Origin: Macrostomum lignano
Taxonomy: Eukaryota
NCBI GenBank assembly: GCA_002269645.1
Contig: NIVC01001442.1
Coordinates: forward strand, 1 to 60,520
DNA: 60,520 nt
Direction of reading: 5' to 3'
Shown here: one piece after another, positions 49,649 through 60,520 of the stretch
Position numbering within the stretch: the first letter of the stretch is position 1
Layout of the letters: every line of letters begins with the position of its first letter
Made by a program: the position numbers and the translations under genes
The notes under the pieces: generated by a model
Databases searched by the model: none
What the model saw: the letters and a program-made list of their open reading frames with translations, nothing else
Told to the model about the DNA's origin: nothing

Positions 49649-52600
49649 CTGCAAGCGGGCGGGGCAGCATCCGGGATCGTGAAGCTGGCTTCTGGATATT
49701 GAAGACTGAAGATAACAACTGAGCACTCTCCAGACAAATCAAACTCAGGCTAGACCCAAAACTAAAGTTATATCCTGAAGTGCAAATGCAAGCACTCGCA
49801 GCTTTAAAGTGGTCTCAGCTGTCCATGACTTCATCCCAGCTCACCTGGCGAAAGCGATATCGCCGGCCTCCTCAACCAGGCAACGGAAGGCGCCATCGTC
49901 TCCATAGTAGAGCTCCCGATCGTTCCTCTGACATTTGTCCGCACCGCCCGAGCGGCAGTTCTCGCACAGGTTGATGGGATTATATCCCGTGGGATTATAG
50001 TCTGAGTCCATAATTCCCGGGATGCAAGAGCGCGAGACTAGCTCGGAGAATGCGTGGATAAGGCGGCAGTGCAGCACAGTGATCTGGCGAGTGTCCAGGA
50101 CCAGGTTGAGCGGCACAACCCAGCCAGTGGCTTTGCCAATGCCCGAGTGGCAGGTGCGCTTGTGCAGCAGATTGCTCACCTAGGCGAATGGAGGGGAAAT
50201 CGAATCATTGGATTTTTATTTCTGACCTGTCTGTCCTGATAAGTATTGAGTATTTTGAGCCATAACCTACAAGAGGACTATCACCCTACAGGACCGGAGG
50301 GTAGCTGATCCCATCACCCTACAGGACCGGAGGGTAGCTGATCCCATCACCCTACAGGACCGGAGGGTAGCTGATCCCATCACCCTACAGGACCGGAGGG
50401 TAGCTGATCCCATCACCCTACAGGACCGGAGGGTAGCTGATCCCATCACCCTAAAGGAGGGTAGCTGATCCCATCACCCCATAGGACCGGAGGGTAGCTG
50501 ATCCCATCACCCCATAGGACCGGAGGGTAGCTGATCCCATCACCCTAAAAGAGGTTAGCTGATCCCATCACCCCACGGGACCGGAGGGTAGCTGATCCCA
50601 TCACCCTACAGGACCGGAGGGTAGCTGATCCCATCACCCTACAGGACCGGAGGGTAGCTGATCCCATCACCCTAAAGGAGGATAGCTGATCCCATCACCC
50701 CACGGGACCGGAGGGTAGCTGATCCCATCACCCCATAGGACCGGAGGGTAGCTGATCCCATCACCCTAAAAGAGGTTAGCTGATCCCATCACCCCACGGG
50801 ACCGGAGGGTAGCTGATCCCATCACCCCATAGGACCGGAGGGTAGCTGATCCCATCACCCTAAAAGAGGTTAGCTGATCCCATCACCCCACGGGACCGGA
50901 GGGTAGCTGATCCCATCACCCTACAGGACCGGAGGGTAGCTGATCCCATCACCCTACAGGACCGGAGGGTAGCTGATCCCATCACCCCATAGGACCGGAG
51001 GGTAGCTGATCCCATCACCCACGGGACCGGAGGGTAGCTGATCCCATCACCCCATAGGACCGGAGGGTAGCTGATCCCATCACCCCATAGGACCGGAGGG
51101 TAGCTGATCCCATCACCCCATAGGACCGGAGGGTAGCTGATCCCATCACCCCATAGGACCGGAGGGTAGCTGATCCCATCACCCCACAGGACCGGAGGGG
51201 ATCCCATCACCCTAAAAGAGACTAGCTGATCCCATCACCCTAACGTAGGGTAGTTGATCCCATCACCCTAAAGAAGGGTAGCTGATCCCATTACCCTAAA
51301 AGAGGATAGCTGATCCCATCACCCCACAGGACCGGAGGGTAGCTGATCCCATCACCCCACAGGACCGGAGGGTAGCTGATCCCATCACCCCACAGGACCG
51401 GAGGGTAGCTGATCCCATCACCCCACAGGACCGGAGGGTAGCTGATCCCATCACCCCACAGGACCGGAGGGTAGCTGATTCCATCACCCCACAGGACCGG
51501 AGGGTAGCTGATCCCATCACCCCACAGGACCGGAGGGGATCCCATCACCCTAAAAGAGACTAGCTGATCCCATCACCCTAACGTAGGGTAGTTGATCCCA
51601 TCACCCTAAAGAAGGGTAGCTGATCCCATTACCCTAAAGAAGGGTAGCTGATCCCATTACCCTAAAGAAGGGTAGCTGATCCCATTACCCTAAAGAAGGG
51701 TAGCTGATCCCATTACCCTAAAAGAGGATAGCTGATCCCATCACCCACAGGACCGGAGGGTAGCTGATCCCATCACCCCACAGGACCGGAGGGGATCCAA
51801 TCACCCTAAAAGAGACTAGCTGATTCCAAAATGAGATCCCCAAAAGCTTACGAGAATCTGTTTGTCATTCTGTCGCACAATAGCCACAGCATAATAGTTG
51901 GTGCTATCTCCGTAGAATTCGGCCACAAACGGCACCAGCCCGAATCGCTTGCCAGCAACGTACAGGTCGGCCGCATCTAGAGAGATGATATCGGCCAGGC
52001 CCATCTGGATGTACTCCATGCATTTGATAGTGCTCTCCCCTGTACACAGTTGATGCTGGGTTTCAGATTCTTAGCCGAGAAGGCCAGCTTCATTCGTTCG
52101 CATTTGGCTAATTCGTAAGCGCTCAGGACGCACCAGCGGATGGCGCCTAGCGGGCAGTAATTAGTCTGGTCGTGCAGCTCAAGGTAGGCCGGGCCAAGCC
52201 AGTTGTAGATGGATCGGATATCTTTCTTATCTGGCGAGCTGTCGTCCGCTGAGTCGTAGAACAGCTGAGTCTGGTCTGAGAACATCAGATTCCGGGTGGC
52301 GTATTTGGACGAGTCGAACAGGCGCCAGGCGCTGGTGCCGCTGGGACCAAAGTTGGCGACCAGCCACTTCAGGAAGATGCGGTACTCCTGTGACAATGAG
52401 TTAGAGGCGGGATTTGAGCAACTCAATAGGGCGGTTCTGTAGGGTGTTTGAGGGCGGTTCTGTAGGGTGTTTGAGGGCGATACTGTAGGGTGTTTGAGGG
52501 CGGTTCTGTAGGGTGTTTGAGGGCGGTTCTGTAGGGTGTTTGAGGGCGATACTGTAGGGTGTTTGAGGGCGGTTCTGTAGGTGTTTGAGGGCGGTTCTGT

Positions 52601-54922
52601 AGGGTGTTTGAGGGCGGTTCTGTAGGTGTTTGAGGGCGGTTCTGTAGGGTGTTTGAGGGCGGTTCTGTAGGGTGTTTGAGGGCGATACTGTAGGGTGTTT
52701 GAGGGCGGTTCTGTAGGTGTTTGAGGGCGGTTCTGTAGGGTGTTTGAGGGCGATACTGTAGGGTGTTTGAGGGCGGTTCTGTAGGGTGTTTGAGGGCGAT
52801 TCTGTAGGGTGTATGGGGGAGGTTCTGTGGAGTGTATGGGGGGAGATTCTATAGCCTGTTTGAGGGCGATTCTGTAGGGTGTTTGAGGGCGATTCTGTAG
52901 GGTGTTTGAGGGCGGTTCTGAAGGGTGTTTGAGGGCGGTTCTGTAGGGTGTTTTAGGGCGGTTCTGTAGGGTGTTTGAGGGCGATTCTGTAGGGTATTTG
53001 AGGGCGGTTCTGTAGGGTGTTTGAGGGCGATTCTGTAGGGTGTTTGAGGGCGGTTCTGTAGGGTGTTTTAGGGCGGTTCTGAAGGGTGTTTGAGGGCGGT
53101 TCTGTAGGGTGTTTTAGGGCGGTTCTGTAGGGTGTTTGAGGGCGATTCTGTAGGGTATTTGAGGGCGATTCTGTAGGGTATTTGAGGGCGATTCTGTAGG
53201 GTGTTTGAGGTTGACTACATAGTTTCTTCAAGGCCTTACCTGGATGGTCTCGGCATTGGTCCTAATAGAGGCCACAACCATAGCGGACGGCACGTTGGCC
53301 CAGCTGCAGCCGCTGGCGGACACAGGCTGCCTGCTGCCGTCGGAGCAGAGCAGCTCGTAGGCCGCCAAGTCGGTGCCAGTATCGTTAGCGTACTGCACCA
53401 GCTCGTCCAAGCGCAGGAAGGCAATGTCGGCCAATTTCTGGGTCATACAGCGCAGTGCGCCGTCGTTTCCAGCGTAATTGTCGCTCAGCTTGCAGAATTT
53501 CGAGCCGTCGCCGGTGTCCCGACAAATCGAGCAGGCTTTGTCCGGATTGCTGCCGAAGTTATTAAACAGAGAGTTCATCGCGCCCGGCAGGCACATCTGG
53601 CTGAAATAGTTTGCCACAGAAAGCACAACAGAGTTGCACTGCTGCACCGGGATGGTCTTCAGCTGCTGGATCAGCCTGAGCAATGCGAATGCGATGAGCG
53701 GAGAGTTAATGCATTTTGATCGCTTGCCATTGGTACTTTGAGACTTTGATGGCTTCGATAGGAAATAGCGCTAATGGACAACAGGTCCAACATATGAGAT
53801 CAGTGCTACCCAATGGTCAAAAAGATTCACTCAGATAGCCAGTGAGTCAAAGGGAGTAGTTCAGATAGTCAATGGGTCAAAGAGAATCACTCAGATAGTG
53901 AATGGGTCAAAGAGAGTCACTCAGATAGTCAATGGGTCAAAGAGAGTCACTCAGATAGTCAGTGGGTCAAAGATAGTCACATAGTAATGGGTCAAAGAGA
54001 ATCACTCAGATAGTGAATGGGTCAAAGAGAGTCACTCAGATAGTGAATGGGTCAAAGAGAGTCACTCAGATAGTGAATGGGTCAAAGAGAATCACTCACA
54101 TAGTGAATGGGTCAAAGAGAATCACTCAGATAGTGAATGGGTCAAAGAGAGTCACTCAGATAGTGAATGGGTCAAAGAGAATCACTCACATAGTGAATGG
54201 GTCAAAGAGAATAACTCAGATAGTGAATGGGTCAAAGAGAATCACTCAGATAGTGAATGGGTCAAAAGGAGTCACTCAGACGTGAATGGGTCAAAGAGAA
54301 TCAATTAGATAGTCAATGGGTCAAAGAGAATCACTCACATAGTGAATGGGTCAAAGAGAGTCACTCGGATAGTGAATGGGTCAAAGAGAGTCACTCAGAT
54401 AGTCAATGGGTCAAAGCGAAGCGTACCTGGCCAGCGGGACGGTCCAGCCTTCGGCGGTGCCAACTCCGCTGCTGCACAGTTTCATGCGGTGCATGTTGTC
54501 GATGCGTACAGCGCTGCCAGCGCGGACTAGCACGGCCGTTGGATAGTCGACCTATGGAAATTAACAATGAATACTTCAAGGATTGTTACGACATTCCAAA
54601 CCTCACAGTTATCAATGGCATGGTATAACAGTAATCACCTGTCTACCACCAGTTCCGCCACGGTTACTAAGGCCATAGTTCTCAGCCAACACAGGTCGCA
54701 TAGTGTAGAGCTGGGCAGCGTAATAAGCCAAGCCGGAGTCCAAGCGCATGAGATCGGCTGTTGGATTCACCTTGCCAATGGCGTTCATGCACTCCAGGGC
54801 GTCTGTTTGGCGGACGCAAGTCAGGGTGTGCCGAGTGTAACCGAGAGCGGCCACCTGAGCCACTAGCTCGGCGCACTTGGCCTGCTCATCGGCTGTGTAG
54901 ACACACCAGCGAACAGGTATGC
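49138..54922 (-). CDS. Bilobed transferrin-family protein, melanotransferrin/Tsf2-like with a GPI-type tail; 5' exon not located; one apparent -1 frameshift
   Basis: Exons 54922-54639, 54551-54427, 53675-53240, 52387-51852, 50179-49845 and 49648-49138, all GT-AG and phase-consistent once 1 G is restored at 52037-52040. Motifs VRWC/IRWC, LDxG/LDAA, YYAVAIV, CHSGIGKATGW, YYGDDGAFRCL and ELLCxDG are present. About 741 codons plus the missing leader. Confidence 0.92.
49845..50179 (-). CDS. Transferrin-like exon (C-lobe anion-site region to DIAFA)
   Basis: CCTAG acceptor in phase 0 and CAG|GTGAGC donor in phase 2. Confidence 0.92.
50275..51825. repeat. 33-bp intronic minisatellite (GCTGATCCCATCACCCCACAGGACCGGAGGGTA)n with shorter variants
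   Basis: Fills most of the 1.67-kb intron. Confidence 0.95.
51852..52387 (-). CDS. Transferrin-like exon (end of N-lobe, start of C-lobe) containing the frameshift
   Basis: GTCACAG acceptor and CTC|GTAAGC donor. Homology switches frame at the G4 run (52037-52040). Confidence 0.88.
52425..53210. repeat. 23-bp intronic minisatellite (GAGGGCGGTTCTGTAGGGTGTTT)n
   Basis: About 33 copies filling an 852-nt intron. Confidence 0.95.
53240..53675 (-). CDS. Transferrin-like exon (N-lobe)
   Basis: GCTCAG acceptor in phase 2 and CAG|GTAAGG donor in phase 0; YFSQMCLPG..CSIC..YAGNDGALRC..DIAF..YELLCSDG. Confidence 0.92.
53790..54415. repeat. 30-bp intronic minisatellite (GAATGGGTCAAAGAGAGTCACTCAGATAGT)n
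   Basis: About 20 copies filling a 751-nt intron. Confidence 0.95.
54427..54551 (-). CDS. Transferrin-like exon (VDYPTAVLVR...LCSSGVGTAEGWTVP)
   Basis: TTCCATAG acceptor in phase 0 and CAG|GTACGC donor in phase 2. Confidence 0.88.
54639..54922 (-). CDS. Transferrin-like first visible exon (IPVRWCVYTADEQAKC...ADLMRLDSG..Y..RPVLAENY)
   Basis: CATGCAG acceptor in phase 1 and CAG|GTGATT donor in phase 0. Confidence 0.9.
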
Positions 54923-55570
54923 CTGCATGGGATATTCATGAGGGTGAGGGTAGAACTCAAAAGTAAATTATAGAACTTATTAAATAAGCAATGCACTAGC
55001 AAATGGCATTGAATCAAATTCTAACAAACTAGCCTTATGAGCTATAATATTTCATTTTTGTATAGATATAGATATACAAATACCAGAGTATAAAATTATT
55101 TCAAAGATATAGCACGCTGGCTTATACTAATTTTGTTTAAACAAATAAACATGCATGATTGTTTTAATAAGTTCACTAAAGTCTATCTAGGTAAATATAT
55201 GCAGTGGTTTGCTCCTTGCTTATTGGCTGCCCTAAAGGGGGGCACTAGGTTGCTAGTAAGTTTCTATAAAAACATTAAAAAATTTGCATTAATCTAATAT
55301 ATATCACCAGCTTCTTCCAGTATATAATACTGTCAAAGTATGCACATCAAAATAGATATATTTCTCCATCTACTTAAACCAAGCAGAAAAATAATTCTTA
55401 AATTTGTTCTTGCTTATTGAGATATTACCAACTATTAGAAAAGCTCCTTTGTCAAATTGGTATAGTGCAGTGGCAAAATTGACACAAGCTATTTTGTAAT
55501 TAGTGGTCAGTTAATACGGCACCTATTTGGCATATAGCTTTCTTATACTAAGATGGTCATGTACATACAT

Positions 55571-55726
55571 GCGCAACCTTGGGAATCACTCGGCCGTTTC
55601 TATTGGCAACACACAAATGTAAGTCGCTATTGGCTGAGAGCAGTCACGTGACTACTATTCCGTCCAATAGCGACTTACATGTGTGTGTTGCCAATAGAAA
55701 CGGCCGGGTGAATCTCTAGGTTGCGC
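55571..55726. mobile_element. 156-bp foldback/palindromic MITE-like element
   Basis: Inverted arms GCGCAACC, a perfect 24-bp GGCCGTTTCTATTGGCAACACACA and a perfect 17-bp ATGTAAGTCGCTATTGG, with a central GTCACGTGAC. Confidence 0.8.
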
Positions 55727-55956
55727 CCAAGCATGGTCATGTAGTATAGAAATGATAGTGTTATCAAAGACCCCCATAAGATACATTTACTAACTAGCAA
55801 ACAGTGACTTGTCAATCTTTGTCAAAGAATATCTTAGTAATAACTTAGGAATCTATTGTTAAAATGATAGCCAAGCTAGAATGTCCCTTGTAAAGAATGA
55901 AGGGGGTTCAGAATGAAGTTCAAATATGCTAATGCAGAAGTATATAATCTACTTAT

Positions 55957-56350
55957 ATGCTTCGCTTACTCTCTGTTTTTGAACTGGGATTTAATGCAAA
56001 GCATTATTGCTTGGTCCTGCAGGATTTAAGAAATAAGATAATTGAGAATCCACTGGATAATGTTATTGACATGTCCATCTCCCTGCCAGACATGATGCGG
56101 AATATTGCCAAATATAGCACCTACTCAAAACCATTTGAGTTGTTTTCTTCTGGCTTCTATTATTCAAAGACCTATCTAGAGTGTCCATTCTATTTGCGCA
56201 GCTCCGGGGCATGGAGTCCTTAACTTTGTCGCTAATCTTTGAATTATTGCTATTGCCAAATTGCGACCTATTCAAATCATATGGACTACAAACTTTGATG
56301 TTCCATTGGACAGTTCATGGCACCCCAATCACTTCTGTCTCTTAATTGAA
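55957..56350 (+). pseudogene. Decayed vertnin-like OTU-domain coding fragment
   Basis: LRLLSVFELGFNAKHY ... STYSKPFELF / +1 frameshift / LASIIQRPI*SV ... PIQIIWT ... WHPNHFCLLI parallels the recalled vertnin OTU motifs ELRARTVVEM..H..Y, LASVLQRNIYSIYP, LHIMW and the terminal H/Y-F-x-P/L-hydrophobic motif. Stops at 56177 and 56240. Confidence 0.5.
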
Positions 56351-57179
56351 AACCCTGGCTTACTAGAAAAGCATCTTTGAGTATTTCAAGATCCATTCAT
56401 TCTTTTTCCAATCCACGACTTGGCAAGTGAAAGTCAGAGATCAAAGAAGACTATTGGCAACCAATCAATATGATGAAGAATTTTCAACTGCATTGGACAC
56501 TGATTGCTGTGACAGGGCCTTTGAACCACTTTCTGATGGTTTTGCTTCTTTAGAATGTTCCAAAAGTTCACTTACTGTTTGTTTAGAATGGTCAATTAAG
56601 AGCTATCTTGATACAATTAAAAGGTGCAAAGCTGAGGATTTATGAGGATGAACCTGAAAAAGATGGTATTTATATAGTGCACTAGAAGCAAGCAATGTTG
56701 GATGGTTGGCCATGGAGCACCTACTGAGGGCATTTAGATCAATTTTACTTGGCTAATGGTTTAAGGCTTTCAGGGTATAGGAAGTTTAGATTTAATTTAG
56801 AAATGAAAAAATCAGCAAAGATGTTGACGTTTTTCAAATTCATGATATGTTATATGCTAATTGGAGTCAATCTGACTTTAGGAAGACAGTCCGGACTTTT
56901 CAGAAAGTTCAGCCCAACATATTAGTCTCTGATTTGTATTTCATTCAATACAAACAGCCAAAGTCAGCTTGTTGAACCTTCCAGATAGAAATGCAAAGAA
57001 GTACTTACAAATTCCATTTACACACATAAGCTGCAAGGTTCTAACAAAAGCAGCAGAACTTTTGAAAAAAGGTGCAACTAATAAGCATGTAAGAATGACA
57101 GTAGGTGGCTTGCATAATGCAGATATAGTAAAGTAACTTAGCAAAAAGATTTAGAAGAACCAGCTATGTAAATATAACT

Positions 57180-57603
57180 TAAATAATGAATTAAAACTGT
57201 GAACTTTATGGCTTGTACATGAGCATTGATCACTTTGATTCACTTTTTCCCAATCTTTTGTAACTTTCTGCTCTGACTGCTAATGCAATTGAAACAACCT
57301 TATTCATATTTTATTTTTAACTCTTCTATCATTCTTCTTACTTCTTCTATCATTGCTTACTTTTAGTAGCATTATGCCTACAAGTTTTTACAACTATTAT
57401 TTATTACTTTTTAGGTTGTAAATTCCTTGGATGACCTCTGTGTTCTGCTAAAAAGATATAAAAGCAAAGACAGTGCATTATAAAATCTGTTTTTTGAAAA
57501 AAAGTGCAAGATTTCTGCATTTCCTATTAACTTTAATAGATTAATGCTTACCAACAATTATCAATTAATAAATTAAGATTTTCATTAAAAGTGCCTAACA
57601 CTG
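57180..57603 (-). mobile_element. Diverged, truncated inverted copy of the 58282-59100 element
   Basis: Ends in GTGCCTAACACTG (TIR). Blocks such as ATGACCTCTGTGTT, CAGTGCATTA and ATGAGCATTGATC.CTTTGATTCACTT are reverse complements of 58380-58800. Confidence 0.65.
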
Positions 57604-58281
57604 TTCATGAGTATATAGTTATAAATAATTATTTTGCAAATATATTGTAAATTCATAAAGGATTACAGCTTTATCAATAAGTTTTTTATTTTAATGAGCA
57701 GGCTAGAGTAACCTAGGGACTAGAAGACTTAAGACTTATCACTAAAACATCCAGCACACTAGTATATTTTGTTTGCATACCTAGCAGACAATCAATTTTT
57801 TAATGAACTTCTAGCACATACATATTATGATCCTGACTATGGTACACATGTAATTTTATCATTGATATGATTATAAAACCAAATAGATATCTCTCTCACT
57901 TTTGTACTAAAATCACTTTCATATAAATACATTTTACCTATTTAAATAATCATAGAATGAAAGTGAATATATAGGCTTTGGATCTAAAAATATAAGTCAA
58001 ATCTAATATATCCATAGCTTCTTTAACTCTAACTTGATTGTAAGGAATATGAGCAATTTTATTAGAGATTATATAACAAAAACCTGCAATTCTCACATGG
58101 ACAATGGTAAGGGATTGCAAGACAAAAGAATGCTATTTTCCTATTGATATTTAAAAAGATATTCAAAGATTGTCTAAATTCTGTAAATAATGAGATCAAT
58201 ATATAGAATAATCAATTTTAATCTTTCTTTGAATATGTATTGATAAGTATTGGAAAATGATGTATAATATTGATATATATC

Positions 58282-59100
58282 CAGTGTTGGACACCATTAA
58301 TGAAAATCTTTACTTCTGTTAATGGCAAAAGCATTGGCGTTAAAACAAAAAAATCTTAACTTATTTACTCTTAATTTGTTAAAGTTAACTGAAAAATAAC
58401 TGATAATCATTAATAAGCATTATTCCATTAAGGTTAACTTACAAAATAGATAAATCTTGCATTTTTTTTCCAAAACAAACTTCATAATGCACTGTGGTTG
58501 CTTTTCCAACTTTTTAGCAAAACACAGAGGTCATCTAAGTGATTTACAAGCTAAAACTAATAAATAATAATTAAAAAAACTTGTATGTATAATATTACTA
58601 AAAGTAAGCATACGATAAAAAAGCAACTTATTTATTGAAACTGAAAACTAATTAGTTAATAAAAAATATAAATAGGAAGATTGCTTCAGTAGCACTAGCA
58701 GGCACAGCAGAAAGTCACATAAGATTATTAAAGAAGTGAATCAAAGCGATCAATGCTCATGCAAAAGCAACGAATTTTACGATTTTAATTCTTTATTAAA
58801 GTTCATTAGAAAGAAGTTGTTACATTTGCATGATCATCATTATAAACAAAGATGAATAAGGCATTTAGGTAAATTTAAAAACATTTGTAATGTTGTAACA
58901 TCTTGTCAGACATATTCTTGTTTTTTCTTTGTGTCTTTGGTCATTGACATTGCCATTAATGTTAACAATGAATTTTTCATTAACTCACAAAATTATTAAT
59001 GCAAATTTGTTAATCTGTTAGTTCAAAAAAATCTTAATGGCAGTCTGTTAACATTAATAAAAAATCTTAATGCTTATTAATGGACTGGTGCCCAACACTG
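58282..59100 (+). mobile_element. 819-bp non-autonomous DNA transposon with CAGTGTTGG TIRs (Tc1/mariner-like ends)
   Basis: TIR CAGTGTTGG(A/G)CACCA matches at 14 of 15 positions. TA follows on the right; the left flank is ATATATC (imperfect TSD). Confidence 0.65.
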
Positions 59101-60186
59101 TATATATTAACTAAAAATTAGGACATGCTATATCACTAGCTTAAGCTTAACATTAAAAACTTAGCATTACCTATCAACTAACTACTATAATTTAAATTAA
59201 AAGCAAATTATCAGACCAGCAAACATACCTGCTTCTGAATAATCAAAAATTAAGGCAGCTAAAAGCAAAACGACTATGCTTTTCATTATCTGCAGCCTTT
59301 GTGCTAGATTTTTCCTGGGAAAGAAACAATACTGGCCAGTAGTTTTTCGAACGTATGGAAAATCCACGCGAAAACGTTCAACAATGTGAATCGCCCTTCG
59401 AACCTGATTGTAGGTAGTAATGGTAATTTAAAAATATTCTTCTTCCTGGATCGTAGTTACTAATAATAATTTTGTTGCTAATTAACGTTTTAAATTTTAT
59501 TTTACTTCTATTCCTAATATAGTTATTGTTTGGCATTAGTCAAGCTTTTGTGGTAATGTTAGAATTTGTTAAAAATATAAAAGCACAAATTCTTTTGTCA
59601 AGAAAATACTTGACATTTTTAAAATGGCCTAGTTTCAGGGAATTACATAGGAAAGCTACGGTAAGATTTGTGAATTCTTTAACATTTCTATGTGTTAAAT
59701 CAGAATTTATGCCTATTACGCATCTGTTGTCTTATTCTATGTCATATATAACTGGACAGTAATAGTATAGTATAATAATACCATAAATTTTTTATTTTGT
59801 AGCTAGCTTTTACTGTATATATGTTTTTGTGGATTTCTCTAAAAACTCATATTTTATTATCTACATAATATTTTATTTCGATGTAAAAATTCTGTGGTAG
59901 ATTTATGTATTTTGTTTGTTGACCTAATCACAACTTTGGTTTTGTTTTAGATGGTGGTGTGAATGAGAGCCTTCACCGTTTACAGAGCTTCAGCTTTGTG
60001 TGTCACTCATTAGCTTTGTGTGTCACTCATTAGAAAAGAATAATTATGAATATATAAAACTGCAATTCAATAAAACTATTTTTATAGTTTCCATTTCTGT
60101 TGCTTTCAATCCTTCTTTGTTTTTGATATATCTAATAGTAAGACTCATCTGAATTGTACAGAATTACATGTGTCACTATAGTACAT

Positions 60187-60489
60187 TATATGGCAATAGC
60201 TAGAGTTCCGGCACCAGAACCCATTTTCTAATGGCTACGGATCCGGCAGTGCCATTATAATATAGATAGAACATTATATTTTTCTTTCTACTGGTGGCTG
60301 ATATTGAGATTTTGTTCTAGATTAAAATTTAAGACAATATGATAAGATTTGAGACAAGATACTTCTAATATTCAGACTTCTTAAGATATGCTTTTAATAG
60401 TCTTTATATCCTTCTATACGGCACTGCGCGATCCCTACCTGTTAGAAAATGGGTTCTAGTGCCAGAACTCTAGCCATTACCACATTATA
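60187..60489. mobile_element. About 300-bp MITE with long (about 65 bp) imperfect TIRs
   Basis: GCTAGAGTTCCGGCACCAGAACCCATTTTCTAA...GGCAGTGCC is mirrored by GGCACTGC...TTAGAAAATGGGTTCTAGTGCCAGAACTCTAGC; AT-rich interior. Confidence 0.75.
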
Positions 60490-60520
60490 CATGTGTATGG
60501 ATATTGATTAATATTGTATT

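Noticed and set aside
54013-54628. (IVNGSKRVTQ)n and related + strand ORFs
   Set aside because: In-frame 30-bp intronic minisatellite, antisense to the transferrin-like gene.

Overview
Eukaryotic (animal, most likely invertebrate) genomic DNA with GC-rich exons and introns full of micro- and minisatellites. This architecture resembles Macrostomum-type flatworm assemblies, but the species is inference only. Three spliced protein genes can be reconstructed by eye: (1) a Mad/Mxi1 (MXD)-family bHLH-Zip repressor on the - strand (5 exons, 21269-6778) with a SID-like motif and a GC-AG intron inside the basic region; (2) a complete 2-exon ORMDL gene on + (47116-47698); (3) a bilobed melanotransferrin-like gene on - (6 visible exons, 54922-49138) with a GPI-type C-terminus, substituted iron ligands, a 1-nt homopolymer frameshift and no visible signal-peptide exon. 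There is also a tRNA-Gly(GCC), weak evidence for the 3' end of an unidentified + strand gene (about 249-4690), about 25 tandem arrays, several MITE-like elements and a decayed vertnin/OTU-like ORF in the AT-rich right third. The most unusual structure is an 8.2-kb segment (32567-40792) with 23-bp imperfect inverted ends, flanked on both sides by same-orientation (GACA)n and carrying a higher-order 238-bp satellite built around a GTGGACCA motif. Most long entries in the ORF track are translations of repeats. There is no CRISPR array or prokaryotic system. All family assignments come from recalled motifs; no search was run.
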